This document shows, piece by piece, positions 1 through 12,600 of a stretch of 64,000 nucleotides of DNA. Position 1 is the stretch's first letter. The number at the start of each line of letters is the position of its first letter. The position numbers and the translations under genes were made by a program. The notes under the pieces were generated by a model. That model made no database searches, was not told the DNA's origin, and saw only the letters and a list, made by a program, of their open reading frames with translations. The DNA is from Antedon mediterranea. Taxonomy: Eukaryota > Animalia > Echinodermata. The stretch lies in contig NC_092670.1 in assembly GCF_964355755.1 (NCBI RefSeq), forward strand, positions 31,050,388 through 31,114,387, read 5' to 3'.

Positions 1-64
1 CCGCCAGACGAAAACTCTAATGAGAAACGACTTCAAACCAATAAGAACCTTCCAATACAGAAAT
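1..64 (+). CDS. Possible preceding exon (partial) of the NRF-6-like gene
   Basis: Open frame PPDENSNEKRLQTNKNLPIQK ends at T|GTTCGT, a phase-1 donor matching the phase-1 acceptor at 450; no diagnostic motif. Confidence 0.45.
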
Positions 65-449
65 GTTCGTATTACTATTATAATTATTTCGGTTGTTTAT
101 GTACAAACAATAGAAGTGTATACGTATTTTTTCATACATTTGTAAAATATAAACACAATAACAATTGCCACAAGCGTTACAATAAGCAACTTTCAGCGGT
201 ATACATTTTTTAATCGTGAAATGGTAAGAATGTTGACCGTCATAGTTTGTCTTATTTTGTCGTTGATGAAGACATTTATTCCCAATCCATCGATACATAG
301 ATGGGACTTTCAGCTTTATTGTCGCCTGTTGGTGGGTTGACATTAATTAAATCGAATTCCCGCTCTTTACTAAACATCCTTTACAATTTAAATCATGAGG
401 CCGTGGTTTGAACAGCTTATATCTTTTGTTAATAACATTTTCTTTATAG

Positions 450-632
450 TGACGAGTACTGAAAATGTCTTTGAAAAAGTGTTACTATCATTTTCGGCAA
501 CAAGAAACGGATCCAAGATATTTGACATTGGGAACAGTTCCAGACAACTGGGGTGTTTGAACGGAATCAGGGTTTTAAGTATGTGGTGGGTGATACTTGG
601 ACACTCTTTGTATTTTGCCATTGCACGATATG
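450..632 (+). CDS. NRF-6-like exon
   Basis: TTTATAG acceptor, GTAAGA donor; ...CLNGIRVLSMWWVILGHS... Confidence 0.88.
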
Positions 633-3600
633 GTAAGACTTTTATTATGAATAGTATATTAGCGTAAGCATAACACACTGTTCAACTAGCTATATCAGTA
701 ATCAATTATATACCAAGCATCGTAGTAATAGAATGAGTTAGAACGTTAATATCGCATAAAACCACCCTATTGCACCAACAATTAGTGCGTCTGATTTAGC
801 AAAGTTTCTCTTAGCGTTAACCGTATACTGTTACTATAGTTGGAATAGGTTTAGATTGAAGAAACACGATTAACAATTTTCTGTGATTTTACAATTAGAT
901 AACCCAGCACATGTATACAGCCTTGCCACTGATCTTACGTTTGCAGCAATTGTCAACGCTACATTTTCCGTAGATACTTTCTTTGTGTTAAGGTAATGAA
1001 CATACATTTTAGATTTGTTAAAAGATCAATAATAATAGTTCGAATGTTGATCTGAATGCAAAATAAGATTTCGAAGTTTGGAAAAAGCTATGGGTTTTAC
1101 ATTCTTTAGCCTTTGATTATTATCATTGTCATGTCATTGTTGTTTATACACAAGTACATTAAACAATGAAGTTTATGACGACGATAATTATTATAACTTT
1201 AATGATAAAACAAGCTTTATTTATTTTTTAGTGGCCTTCTTCTTACGTATCTCACTTTGAAACATCTTAAAAAGACAAATGGTCGAATCAACTGGTTACT
1301 GTTCTATTTTCATCGATTTTGGAGATTGACGCCCTCATATATGATGAGCATTGGTATATTATCAACCCTATTTGTCTATTTCGGCAAAGGAATAGGAAAA
1401 AATGAATTTGCTGAATATTCTACAAACACGTGTTCAGATTACTGGTGGACAAACCTGCTTTATATCAATAACCTTTACCCGTTTCCTGGTAGCTTGGCAA
1501 ATATGGTGAGAATTGGATTTTTCAATGAATCATACTGTACGCTACGTAATTAGAATTTGTATTTCAATTATTTCCGTAATGTACATTTCACGATTATTCC
1601 AGCGTAACCCTAACTATTCCTGTGACAAACTAGGCATATTTATAAAGAGTTGTCTTTACAGGCCCGTAGCCAGGGTTTTTTGTTGGGGTTCGGGCGAACC
1701 CCCCCTTTTGCGCGAACCCCCCTTTTACCAGCGAACCCCCCTTGAAAAACAAAGGCCCCACTTTCAAAATCGTGCAATCAATTATCAATTATAGCAGATT
1801 TTTTGGTAATTTTACTTCTATTGACTATGTTTAAATCGATCGAATATATATTGTCCGATGTCAAAGTCACTGCCGAGCGTGAGATCGAGAGATTGTTGAG
1901 AGATGATGGTTATAAATATGACAGAAAAATGGACTGACCAATCGCGTGCTTCGGCCGGGCTTTTCGGAACGCACAAGATCACGTTCAGTTCAGTTCAATC
2001 TTTTTGGGGATTTTTATTTTTTTCCTGGAAATATTTTTCATTAAACCAAAGAATTTCACTGTGTAAACTTGAATAAAAATGGTGCTGAGTTAAATTGGTA
2101 CGTGTACGTAGGCCTACCGTATATTTCGGTGTATAAGACGCACTTTTGACACGCAAATTTGACCTCTAAATGTTACCCTAATTAATTTAATTACCTACTT
2201 TATTTTTTTATTTTTATTTTATTCAATCAAAACCTATTTGTCTATTTCGGCAAAGGAATAGGAAAAAATGAATTTGCTGAATATTCTACAAACACGTGTT
2301 CAGATTACTGGTGGACAAACCTGCTTTATATCAATAACCTTTACCCGTTTCCTGGTAGCTTGGCAAATATGGTGAGAATTGGATTTTTCAATGAATCATA
2401 CTGTACGCTACGTAATTAGAATTTGTATTTCAATTATTTCCGTAATGTACATTTCACGATTATTCCAGCGTAACCCTAACTATTCCTGTGACAAACTAGG
2501 CATATTTATAAAGAGTTGTCTTTACAGGCCCGTAGCCAGGGGTTTTTTTTGGGGTTCGGGCGAACCCCCCCTTTTGCGCGAACCCCCCTTTTACCAGCGA
2601 ACCCCCCTTGAAAAACAAAGGCCCCACTTTCAAAATCGTGCAATTAATTATCAATTATAGCAGATTTTTTGGTAATTTTACTTCTATTGACTATGTTTAA
2701 ATCGATCGAATATATATTGTCCGATGTCAAAGTCACTGCCGAGCGTGAGATCGAGAGATTGTTGAGAGATGATGGTTATAAATATGACAGAAAAATGGAC
2801 TGACCAATCGCGTGCTTCGGCCGGGCTTTTCGGAACGCACAAGATCACGTTCAGTTCAGTTCAATCTTTTTGGGGATTTTTATTTTTTTCCTGGAAATAT
2901 TTTTCATTAAACCAAAGAATTTCACTGTGTAAACTTGAATAAAAATGGTGCTGAGTTAAATTGGTACGTGTACGTAGGCCTACCGTATATTTCGGTGTAT
3001 AAGACGCACTTTTGACACGCAAATTTGACCTCTAAATGTTACCCTAATTAATTTAATTACCTACTTTATTTTTTTATTTTTATTTTATTCAATCAAAACC
3101 AACAGCGATAAATACCGCCACTAACAGGTTTGAAACATAAAACAATACAACATCATCAAAAACGGTTAACAATAAAATACAGATAAAATATATATATATA
3201 TAAAACATAGATCGGCATGCCATAAACAATTTCAATTAATCAAACAGGTTATACAGGCTGTTCAAGAAGTGAACACATAATCGTCCTCTTAAAATAACCA
3301 AGTCTATCATTAAAAATATCGATATGATTGCTATTTAGATTATTAAATGTATAAGGTAGTCTATGAAAAAGTCCCCTCTTAGTACAGTCGACACGGCTAA
3401 AAGGAATATGCAATAAATGTCTATTTCGTGTACGACCAGGAACATTTAAACTAAACAGTGAAATTAATGAACAGTCATATTTAGAATTTAAAATATTATA
3501 TAAAAAAAACATATCAGATATCGTTCGACGGTTGCTGACAGAATCAATGGAAAATTCAAAATTAACACAGTTAAAAGACAGGAATCGAACAAACTTCCGT

Positions 3601-6600
3601 TGAACAGTGTCGATTTGACGGGCCTGACATGGAGAAATTGAATTGAAAATTACGGAACAATATTCAAGGTGAGGACGTATAATAGATTTGTATAAAGATA
3701 AAAGTGCCCTGCCGTCGTTCATAAACCTACAATTTCTCCATATTAAGCCCATCATTCTATTAGCTTTTGACAACACATGATTAATATGTGAACAAAAATT
3801 TAATTTACTATCAATAAAAATACCTAAATCTTTCCATACATAAACCATCTCAAGATCATGTCCATTCAGATTATAATTGAAGAGCACAGGCCTTTTTTTA
3901 AGTGTTATAGATAAATATTTGCATTTATTAGAATTAAGTTTTATCCCCTACTTCTCCGTCCATTCCACGAGACCATCCAGATCCTCCTGAAGTGAAAAAG
4001 CATCCTGTGGAGTGGTAATCACTTTAAACAATTTCAGATCGTCAGCAAATAAAAGAGACTCGGAATGATTAAATTTTAAAGGAAGATCGTTGATAAATAA
4101 ATTAAACAAAAGCGGGCCCAGGATCGAGCCCTGCGGAACGCCCGATAACACAGGGAGCCAATCAGATGTCTCTCCCCCAATGACAACACGCTGTTGTCTA
4201 TTAGTTAAATAGCTTTTAAACCAACTTAAAAGTGAACCGGATAAACCAAATTTTGAAAGTTTAAAAATAAGCAAATCATGGGAAACGGAATCAAAAGCCT
4301 TAGAGAAATCAGTGTAAATCACATCGCACTGCTTCTTGCTGTTAATTGCATCGTATGATGTAGCAAGAAGCAGTGCGAGGTTGGTTTGACGTGATCTCCC
4401 AGAGACAAAACCATGCTGCCTAGGACTTAAAGCATTAGCAACATGTGATGACAAACCATCATGCACAATGCGCTCAAAAATCTTAGACATAGTAGGCTAC
4501 TAATACTTAAATTAATTAAAAATAGTGTACTACTCTGCAATGTTACTCACTCCTGTCTAACCACAGTGTGGTAACAAGTTTATTGAATTTTTAGTTAAGG
4601 TACAGTAAACTGTCATCCTCGACTGTATTAATTAATATTACAGTACGCATTAGATATTCTACCCAGGCCTAGTAATACTCTCTGAACTCGCGGGTGTGTA
4701 TTCTAGCAGCATGCAGCATCACAGCGCAACACATTTATGGAAGAGTCCATTAATTACGGTGGTGTCACATTTTAATTACACAATAACTATTTCCCTTGAT
4801 CACGGTGGTTTATTTTTATTACATCTCTATGTCAACAATCACATAATTTTATAATCATGTAGGCAATAGTTCGTATGTTAAGCGATATCTAAAAGAGTGT
4901 GTTGTTATTATGTTAAGTAGCTTCCCCTAATCTCATAGTGTATATGGCCAACAGTGCTGGCCACCAGGCAAGGAGCACATGGTTAGTGCGTATCCGGATA
5001 TTCACCCCCTGGACATTTACCACCCGGAAAACTACCCCCCGGACAACCACCACCTGGACCACTACCCCCTTAGGACAACTACCCCTTTAGGACAACTACC
5101 CCCCGGACAAATACCCTCCGGACAAATACCCCCCGGACAACTACCCCCTTAGGACAACTACCCCCTTAGGACAACTACACCCCGGACAACTACCCCCCGG
5201 ACAATTACCCCCTAGGAACAATTACCCCCCGGACATTTATCCCCCGGACATTTATCCCCCGGACAATTACCCCCCGGACAATTACCCCCCGGACAACTAC
5301 CTCTGACACAATACTCCCCGTAGGACAACTACTTCCTGGACAATACTCCGAGGGAAAATAATCTTTTAGGACAATTACCTCCGTAGGACAACTAACCCCT
5401 GGACAACTACCCCCCGGACAATTACCCCCAAGGAACAATTACCCCCGGACAATTACCCCCTAGGAACAATTACCCCCTGACAACCCCCCCCCCCCACCCG
5501 GGTAATTACCCCGCGGACAACTACCTCTGACACAATACTCCCCGTAGGACAACTACCTCCTGGACCTGGACAATACTCCGAGGGCAAATAATATTTTAGG
5601 ACAACTACCTCCGTAGGACAACTAACCCCTGGACAACTACCACCCAGAAAACTATCCCTTTAGAACAACTACCCCCCGGACGGACAACTACCACCCAGAC
5701 CATTCAACAACCTGACTCTGCAACAGTGTATAATAGGAATTAATAACTATATTTTAATTCGTTACTTTGACGAATTACTATTCATTATTGTAAACAAAAG
5801 TAAAAGATTGAACATAAATATAGCCTGGTTTAAACTGAAGATTGTCACACATGATCATAGGATAGTCGAACGTATTATATAGTACTCCCTGTATTTACTG
5901 TAAAGACTGGGTTCGCTAATAATAATAATAATGTTTGCGTCAGGACAATGCTTCGATAACCACTGGTCTTAAAAGAATTAATTTTTGTCTCAAATTTGTC
6001 ATATAGGCCTATGTATTTTTGTACACTTGAAGAATAATATCACTTTTGATATTTGACCTCAATGTTCACTCACCGAATAAACGGTGATCTTTAAATAAAT
6101 TCCCCTCAAATAAACGGTGATCATGTCACTCCCATGAAACATCATATGGAATTAATAATCGGCGTCTATTTCCATTAGATTATACCCCCTCCCATTGAAT
6201 AAACAACTTTCTTCCAATAAATGTCCACCTAAAAACCACCTAAACAATAAACAGCCCAGGCCGTTTTGTCAATAAATACGGTACTTTAAATCTAGCACAT
6301 CTAGGGTCTAGCGTGCTGTTAAACAGAATAATCGGTTAAAAACGGGTGTTTCGAAACTAGAGACCCGAGACCAGAGACCAGAGACCCGAGACCAGAGACC
6401 AGAGACCCGAGACCCAATACGAAAAGGGAGACCTAAATATACGAAAAGAGAGACCCACGTACGAAAAGGGAGACCCCACTATACGAAAAGAGAGACCCTA
6501 ATATACGAAAAGGGAGACCTAAATATACGAAAAGGGAGACCCAAATTATACGAAAAGGGAGACCCCACTATTAGCCTGGGTGCAGAACAATTATTATACG

Positions 6601-9600
6601 CATTTGCGGGAAAAAAGTATAGGAAAATTTTTTTTTGGTTTTTCTAATAGAGTATACCATATAGAATGTCAGAAAAAAAATCCCCATCCCAGGGTCTTGG
6701 GGAAATTTTTTTATGGCACTTTTAAATTTTGGCCTATATAACACACACAAATTCCTATTAACACACACAAAAACCTATATATATGGGATAGGGAAAATCA
6801 ATTAACAGTTTTTGTTACTTGCAGTTGTGTTTTTATGATTAAAATTAGTAGAGGCTTACTTTAATAACTACTTCTCATAGTAGTGGATGAATCAAGTCGA
6901 TACGATGACATCATCATGCCAGAATCCAATATGGCGTCCAATTTAGTGGGAAAAACAGGGTATTGCTAAACCCCCGCAAACCCCTGGAAACCTTCAAAAA
7001 ACATAGAAAACCCCACCGAACCAACATAAAAGTGATTGAATCATGGAGTGTACGGCCCACTGGATATGTTCATGTTAAAAAAAATTAAAAATTTCCACTG
7101 TTAACTACTTATTTTTGGGTTAAAACATCATTTATTTGTTAAAAATTAGCAATCATTTTTTACCAAAAATGATATTTTACCCCAAAAATAAGTCGTTAAC
7201 AGTAGAAATTTTATTTTTTTTAAAACATGGATATACCCAGTGGGTCGTACACTACATGATTCAATCACTTTTATTATGTTGGTTCAGTGGGGTTTGCTAT
7301 GTTTTTTTGGAGGTTTGCAAGGGTTTGCGGGGGTTTAGCAATACCCTGTTTTTTCCGCCAAATTGGACGCCATATTGGATTCTGGCATGATGATGTCATT
7401 GTTATCGACTCGATTTATTAACCAATATGAGAAGTAGTTATTAAAGTAAGCCTCAGCAAATTTTAATCATCATAACACAACTCCAAGTTTAAAAAAACAT
7501 GAATTGGTTTTCCCTATCCCCTATATAGGTATTTGTGTGTGTTAATAGGCATTTGTGTGTGTTATATAGGCCAAAATTTAAAAAGGCCGTAACAAATTTT
7601 CCCCAAGACCCTGAGATGGGGATTTTTTTTCTAACATTCTATATGGTATACTCTATCAGAAAAATAAAAAAAAAATTTTCCTATACTTTTTTCCCGCAAA
7701 ATGTGTACTGCACCCAGGCTATATACGAAAAGAGAGACCACACTATACGAAAAGGGAGACCCTAATATACGAAAAGAGAGACCCAAATATAGGTCTCCCT
7801 TTTCGTATTGGGTCTCGTGTCAGGTCTCTGGTCTCGGTCTCTAGTTTCGAAACACCCGTTAAAAACAGATGATTTCATTTTTACAGAAACCGTTTGTCTA
7901 CTTTTTGGATTGGGGGGGGGGGGGCGGGTAGTTGACCGGGGGGTAGTTGACCGGGAGGGTAGTTGACCGGGGGGTAGTTATCCGGGGGTAGTTATCCTAA
8001 GGGGGTAGTTGTCCTAAGGGGGTAGTTGTCCGGGGGGTAGTTGTCCGGGGGGTTGTTATCCTAAGGGGGTAGTTGTCCTAAGGGGGTAGTTGTCCGGGGG
8101 GTAGTTGTCCGGGGGGTAGTTGTCCGGGGGGTAGTTGTCCTAAGGGGGTAGTTGTCCGGGTGGTAAATATCCGGGGGGTAACTGTCTAGGGGGTAGGTGT
8201 CCTAGAACCGGTTAGTGCTCTCCTCTCCTCATATTGCTGTAATGCATGCATGGAAATAGGAAAGATTTTCATATAGGCCTACCCAACATGATATTCCTGG
8301 TTCATTATCAGCCTAAAAAAACTGAACATCATTTGGATTCATTTTATAATGGTCATACACACAATAAGAAGGTATATATTTAAATAATATGAAATTAAAG
8401 TTACTTAAATAGACATAGGCTAGCCCTACCCACACAGTGCATCGTAACTGAAAAAATATGGGGATTTCCCTTTTCATTGAACGTTCAGTTGAAGTAGAGA
8501 CTGACTACGATGTAATAAAGGCAATCAAACAAAATTATATCATTTGATTCTAATAAATATGTCTCAAATATCGTTGTTTTATTATTAAAATACCATTGTT
8601 TTGATTGTAAAATGTTTAAATTTCGGCCTACTAAATAAGTGCGTCTTATGCATCGACTACATAAAAAATACTAATATTTCAGTCTCTGTTATGGGTGCGT
8701 CTTATACACAGGTGCGACTTTTACACCGAAATATACGGTACTATTTGTTTTTTATGTTTATAGGATAAGAAATTATTTAAGGGCCTAATATAATATACTT
8801 TTTTGCAACAATAAAGCTGTATTTCATGATCAGTACTACTAACTTCCATAATACTGTACTATATAATTTATCTGCATAACTCAGATTTTAGTAGGTAAAA
8901 AATGTCTCTGTAACCTTATTAAAACAACCGCAATTGCTCTGAGAGCCAAAGCTTCCAGGGGCCTTCGCCCCCCCTGGACTCCGACTGGGGGCCCTTGGCG
9001 GCCCCCTGGCCCCCAGCCTACGGTTGCTCGCTGAGCTCGCAAAATACTTGGTGTCAAGAAACCCTCTGATGCATTCTGGCTACGGGCCTGCTTTAAGTTA
9101 AGTGAAGTGGAGATGCAGTGAATAAAGATTGTTTCTTATATTGGCCTCTCTGACCTCAAACGCTTTATCGAAATACTGTGTTATTATAAAACCAAACTCT
9201 GACGATGCAATCCATTGTGATTGTATGCTTCGAACGTTATCTGCTCATCTTCAATCAATGTATTAGTGGATCCTGAAATTGCTATGCACATTGACTGAAC
9301 TTGGTCGATAAAACTTGATTGTAGATTGTATCAAGGTAAACAAGATAGAAGGCCGCACTTATATCTCTAACCTGATATTTAGAATAATTTATTGTTCAAC
9401 TCATTTTATTTTGCAGTGCATGGGTTGGAGTTGGTATTTGGCAAATGATATGCAATTCTTTATTATAAGTCCAATTCTGATTATATTACTCTATAAGTAA
9501 GTTTAAACAAAACCACTTTCATCTATGTAAAGTATCTGTTATTGTTACGATGTAAACATACTGTAATTTAAATATTATAGAGCAAAATATTATAGAGTGA

Positions 9601-12600
9601 AATATTATAGAGCAAAATATTATAGAGTGAAATATTATAGAGTGAAATATTATAGAGTGAAATATTATAGAGTGAAATATTATAGAGTGAAATATTATAG
9701 AGTGAAATATTATATAGTGAAATATTATAGAGTAAAATATTATAGAGTAAAATATTATAGAGTAAAATATTATAGAGTAAAACATTACAGAGTGAAATAT
9801 TACAGAGTGAAATATTACAGAGTGAAATATTATAGTGTGAAATATTATAGTGTGAAATATTATAGAGTGAAATACTATAGTGTGAAATATTATAGAGTGA
9901 AATATTATAGAGTGAAATATTACAAAGTGAAATATTACAGAGTGAAATATTATTGAGTGAAATATTACAGAGTGAAATACTATAGAGTGAAATATTATAG
10001 TGTGAAATATTATAGAGTGCGAGCTGATTGGTATTTCGGCCCATATTGCAGATGTGTCATGATCTTCGGTTGTCTCTCCGATTAATAAATCATGAATAAT
10101 GTATACATCAACCATGTATTCGCCCATATTAAAGATTAATCAATTAGAGATTAAGTATTATAATTGAAAACTAATGCTTTAAGTTATAATTATTTATATT
10201 TTTCAGGAATTGGAAAATTGGTCTCCCTGCAATCAGTGTCTTGTGTGCAGCCTCGATCGCTATAACGGCTTGGATTTCATACTACTGGGGACTACCAGTT
10301 ACCGGTTCTGTGTTGCAGTTGAGTATTTTTCTCTTGATGTTACATAGGGATAATTATGCTAATTCAATTTTGTTACAATTGTGTTGATAGAATTTTAATA
10401 AATTTGAAAACGGTTAAAATAAAATTTGCAAAGAGTCCCTTCTGAAAGTTAGACGCTTTTATCATGCTTGGAGGAACGTACATCCTACTATTGTTAATAG
10501 TTACTATCCTAACTTTGTGATATACAATGATTACATCTACTTGTTTTCCCTTTTTTATTCATTTTTTTTTCATTTTCTATTCCTTCTTTTTCTTTACTTT
10601 CTTCTCTTTCTTTTCCTTCTTCATTTCTTCTTTTTTTCCTGTTTTTTCCCCGTTTTCCATATTTCGTTTTTGTTTTTCCTCCTTTCTTTTTAATTTTACC
10701 CCTTTTTTCTACTTCTTTTTCTTAAATATTTTCTTCTTTTTTTGTTGGCACACAATATGATGTGAATGTATTATTACTACTATGCTAGAATACAAATACA
10801 GAGTGAAATAGCGGTGTAGGTTATATTTTTATTTTATGACTCTCGCTAGTCAGTAAAGCCGTCTCTAGCGAAAGTATCATAAGTATGATTTTTAAATGTA
10901 CGAGGCCTTGTATAATATCATTTATTTTTGTATATTTTATTTTTCAACTAGAGGTTATTACAACAACCGAACTGTGGATATTCTAGATGATCGCATGTAC
11001 GCGAAACCGTATTGTCGTATACAAGCATTTCTTGTTGGAATGGCTGTCGGGTATATTTTGTACCGTCTGGACAAAAAGGCAATTAAAATCCCTCCAGTAA
11101 GTTTTCTTTTTTCTTAAGGGCAGTCAGAACCTTCAGTTGTCTCTTTTAGGTCCTTATACTTCACAGTTTTTGAAATTCACAATAATTGAATTTAGAATAT
11201 TGGTTTTATTTTCTAGAATAATTAATTGTTCATACAGAATTCTCTGAAAATCACTTTATATGCTATTATTAATAAACATACAAATGATATCTCACAAAGT
11301 AAGTTTTATCACATTAGATGGTTGTTTTTCTCGGTTGGACTGCGGCCGTTGGCACGGGTATAGCTATTGTATACGGCACCTGCGGAGCAAATCGAGGCAA
11401 TCCACCGACACATGAGGTTGCTGCATTCTACAATGCAGTGTCACGGTTTGTTTGGTCGGTGGCAGTTGGATGGGTCATCTTTGCCTGTATTACAGGTTAT
11501 GGAGGTAATGCATTACCAACTTTAATTCCTTTTTGTGTCTAAATCATTTTTAAATTTATTTTTATATTTCAGAAATATCGTAACTTTTACTTTGCTCTCT
11601 TTGATTTTATTAGTATACATTAATTGGTATTATATACTTGATGCCTTTCTATTTTTTTATACTATGTTTCCCCTTTCGTATTTTCTCCCTCACTTCTTAT
11701 TTCAATATTTAGTCAAAATGTCTTTCCTTCGCGTATTTTGCTTTCTTTTTGTCTTCTTTTCTCCTCGCCATGGATGTTTTTCGACTACTTCTTTTTTTGA
11801 TGTAGTTCTTTGATTGTAAACCAGTAATATAAACTTACGTTTACAAGATAGTTTCGTCTAGCTGTCAGCTTGACTTCTTTAGTTGCTATGCGTTATGACG
11901 CCGATTGGCCTTCTTTTCAGCCACTGGATGTTTTTGGTTTGTAGCCTAGGGGACCAGTCTTGTAAACGTAAGTTTATATTACTGGTTTACAATCAAGGAA
12001 CTATATCAATATACTATCGAAACCATAAGAAATGTTTTCACTACTTTTCTTTTATAACCCATGCTCTTCTAATTGTATGCTATACATGCTCATGGTTTTT
12101 TAGCAGCACATTCTTTTCTTACTGTATATAATATTTACCCCAAAGATATTTGTCAAATATTTCAAAGGTAATACAACAATATAATTGTACTTAGTGAGGC
12201 AATGCAAGTTGCAAACTTCATAAGTAAAATGAATAATAATTAACTTACAGTACTTTGCTAACTTCACTAATACTATTAATAATTAATAAAATCGGTTACC
12301 TCACTTCAATAACAAAAAAAAGTATATACTTATATATACCTATTTCTTCTCAATAGTTTACTCAACTGTATGTGTTTATTTTAGGGTTTGTCAATACGCT
12401 GCTTTCATGTGCATTCTGGACTCCACTTACTCGTCTTAATTACGGAGCTTATCTTCTCCATCCGATTGTTATGTACGCTGTGATATATTCATGGAAAACA
12501 TTGTTTCATTTCAGCTATGTTAATTACGTACGTATAGTTAAAACACATATTTTTTTGAATATATTAATTTGACGAATATTAAAATATAAATTTAAACTAT

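Larger units (their letters stand above)
4990..8209. mobile_element. MULE/Foldback-type non-autonomous element with tandem-repeat arms
   Basis: 9-bp TSD GGTTAGTGC (4981-4989, 8210-8218). Left arm is (GGACAACTACCCCCC)n at about 5000-5700; right arm is its reverse complement at about 7925-8205. Confidence 0.85.
2117..8738. mobile_element. Non-autonomous Tc1/mariner (Tc2/Tigger-like) element; left end duplicated at 2983
   Basis: TA|CCGTATATTTCGGTGTATAAGACGCAC ... GTGCGACTTTTACACCGAAATATACGG|TA; subterminal GTGCGTCTTAT repeats. Confidence 0.82.
1659..9090. mobile_element. Non-autonomous hAT-like element (hAT5-type, 5-bp TSD); left end duplicated at 2525
   Basis: TIR CAGGCCCGTAGCCAG (1659 and 2525) / CTGGCTACGGGCCTG (ends 9090); CTTTA on both flanks. 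Confidence 0.8.

Noticed and set aside
1513-2660. Two near-identical 93-aa ORFs
   Set aside because: Intron and hAT-end sequence copied by the 866-bp duplication; no coding features.
5205-5438. Cys/Gly-rich ORF (GGSCPG repeats)
   Set aside because: Translation of MULE arm tandem repeats.
5885-6282. Possible further Tigger-like layer in the nest
   Set aside because: The right end AATAAATACGGTA looks real, but the left TIR is too degenerate to pair confidently.
9519-10127. Long repetitive ORFs (FHSII, LYNIS, KYYRV repeats)
   Set aside because: Translations of a 15-bp intronic minisatellite.
10527-10760. Phe-rich hydrophobic ORF
   Set aside because: Polypyrimidine intron sequence.
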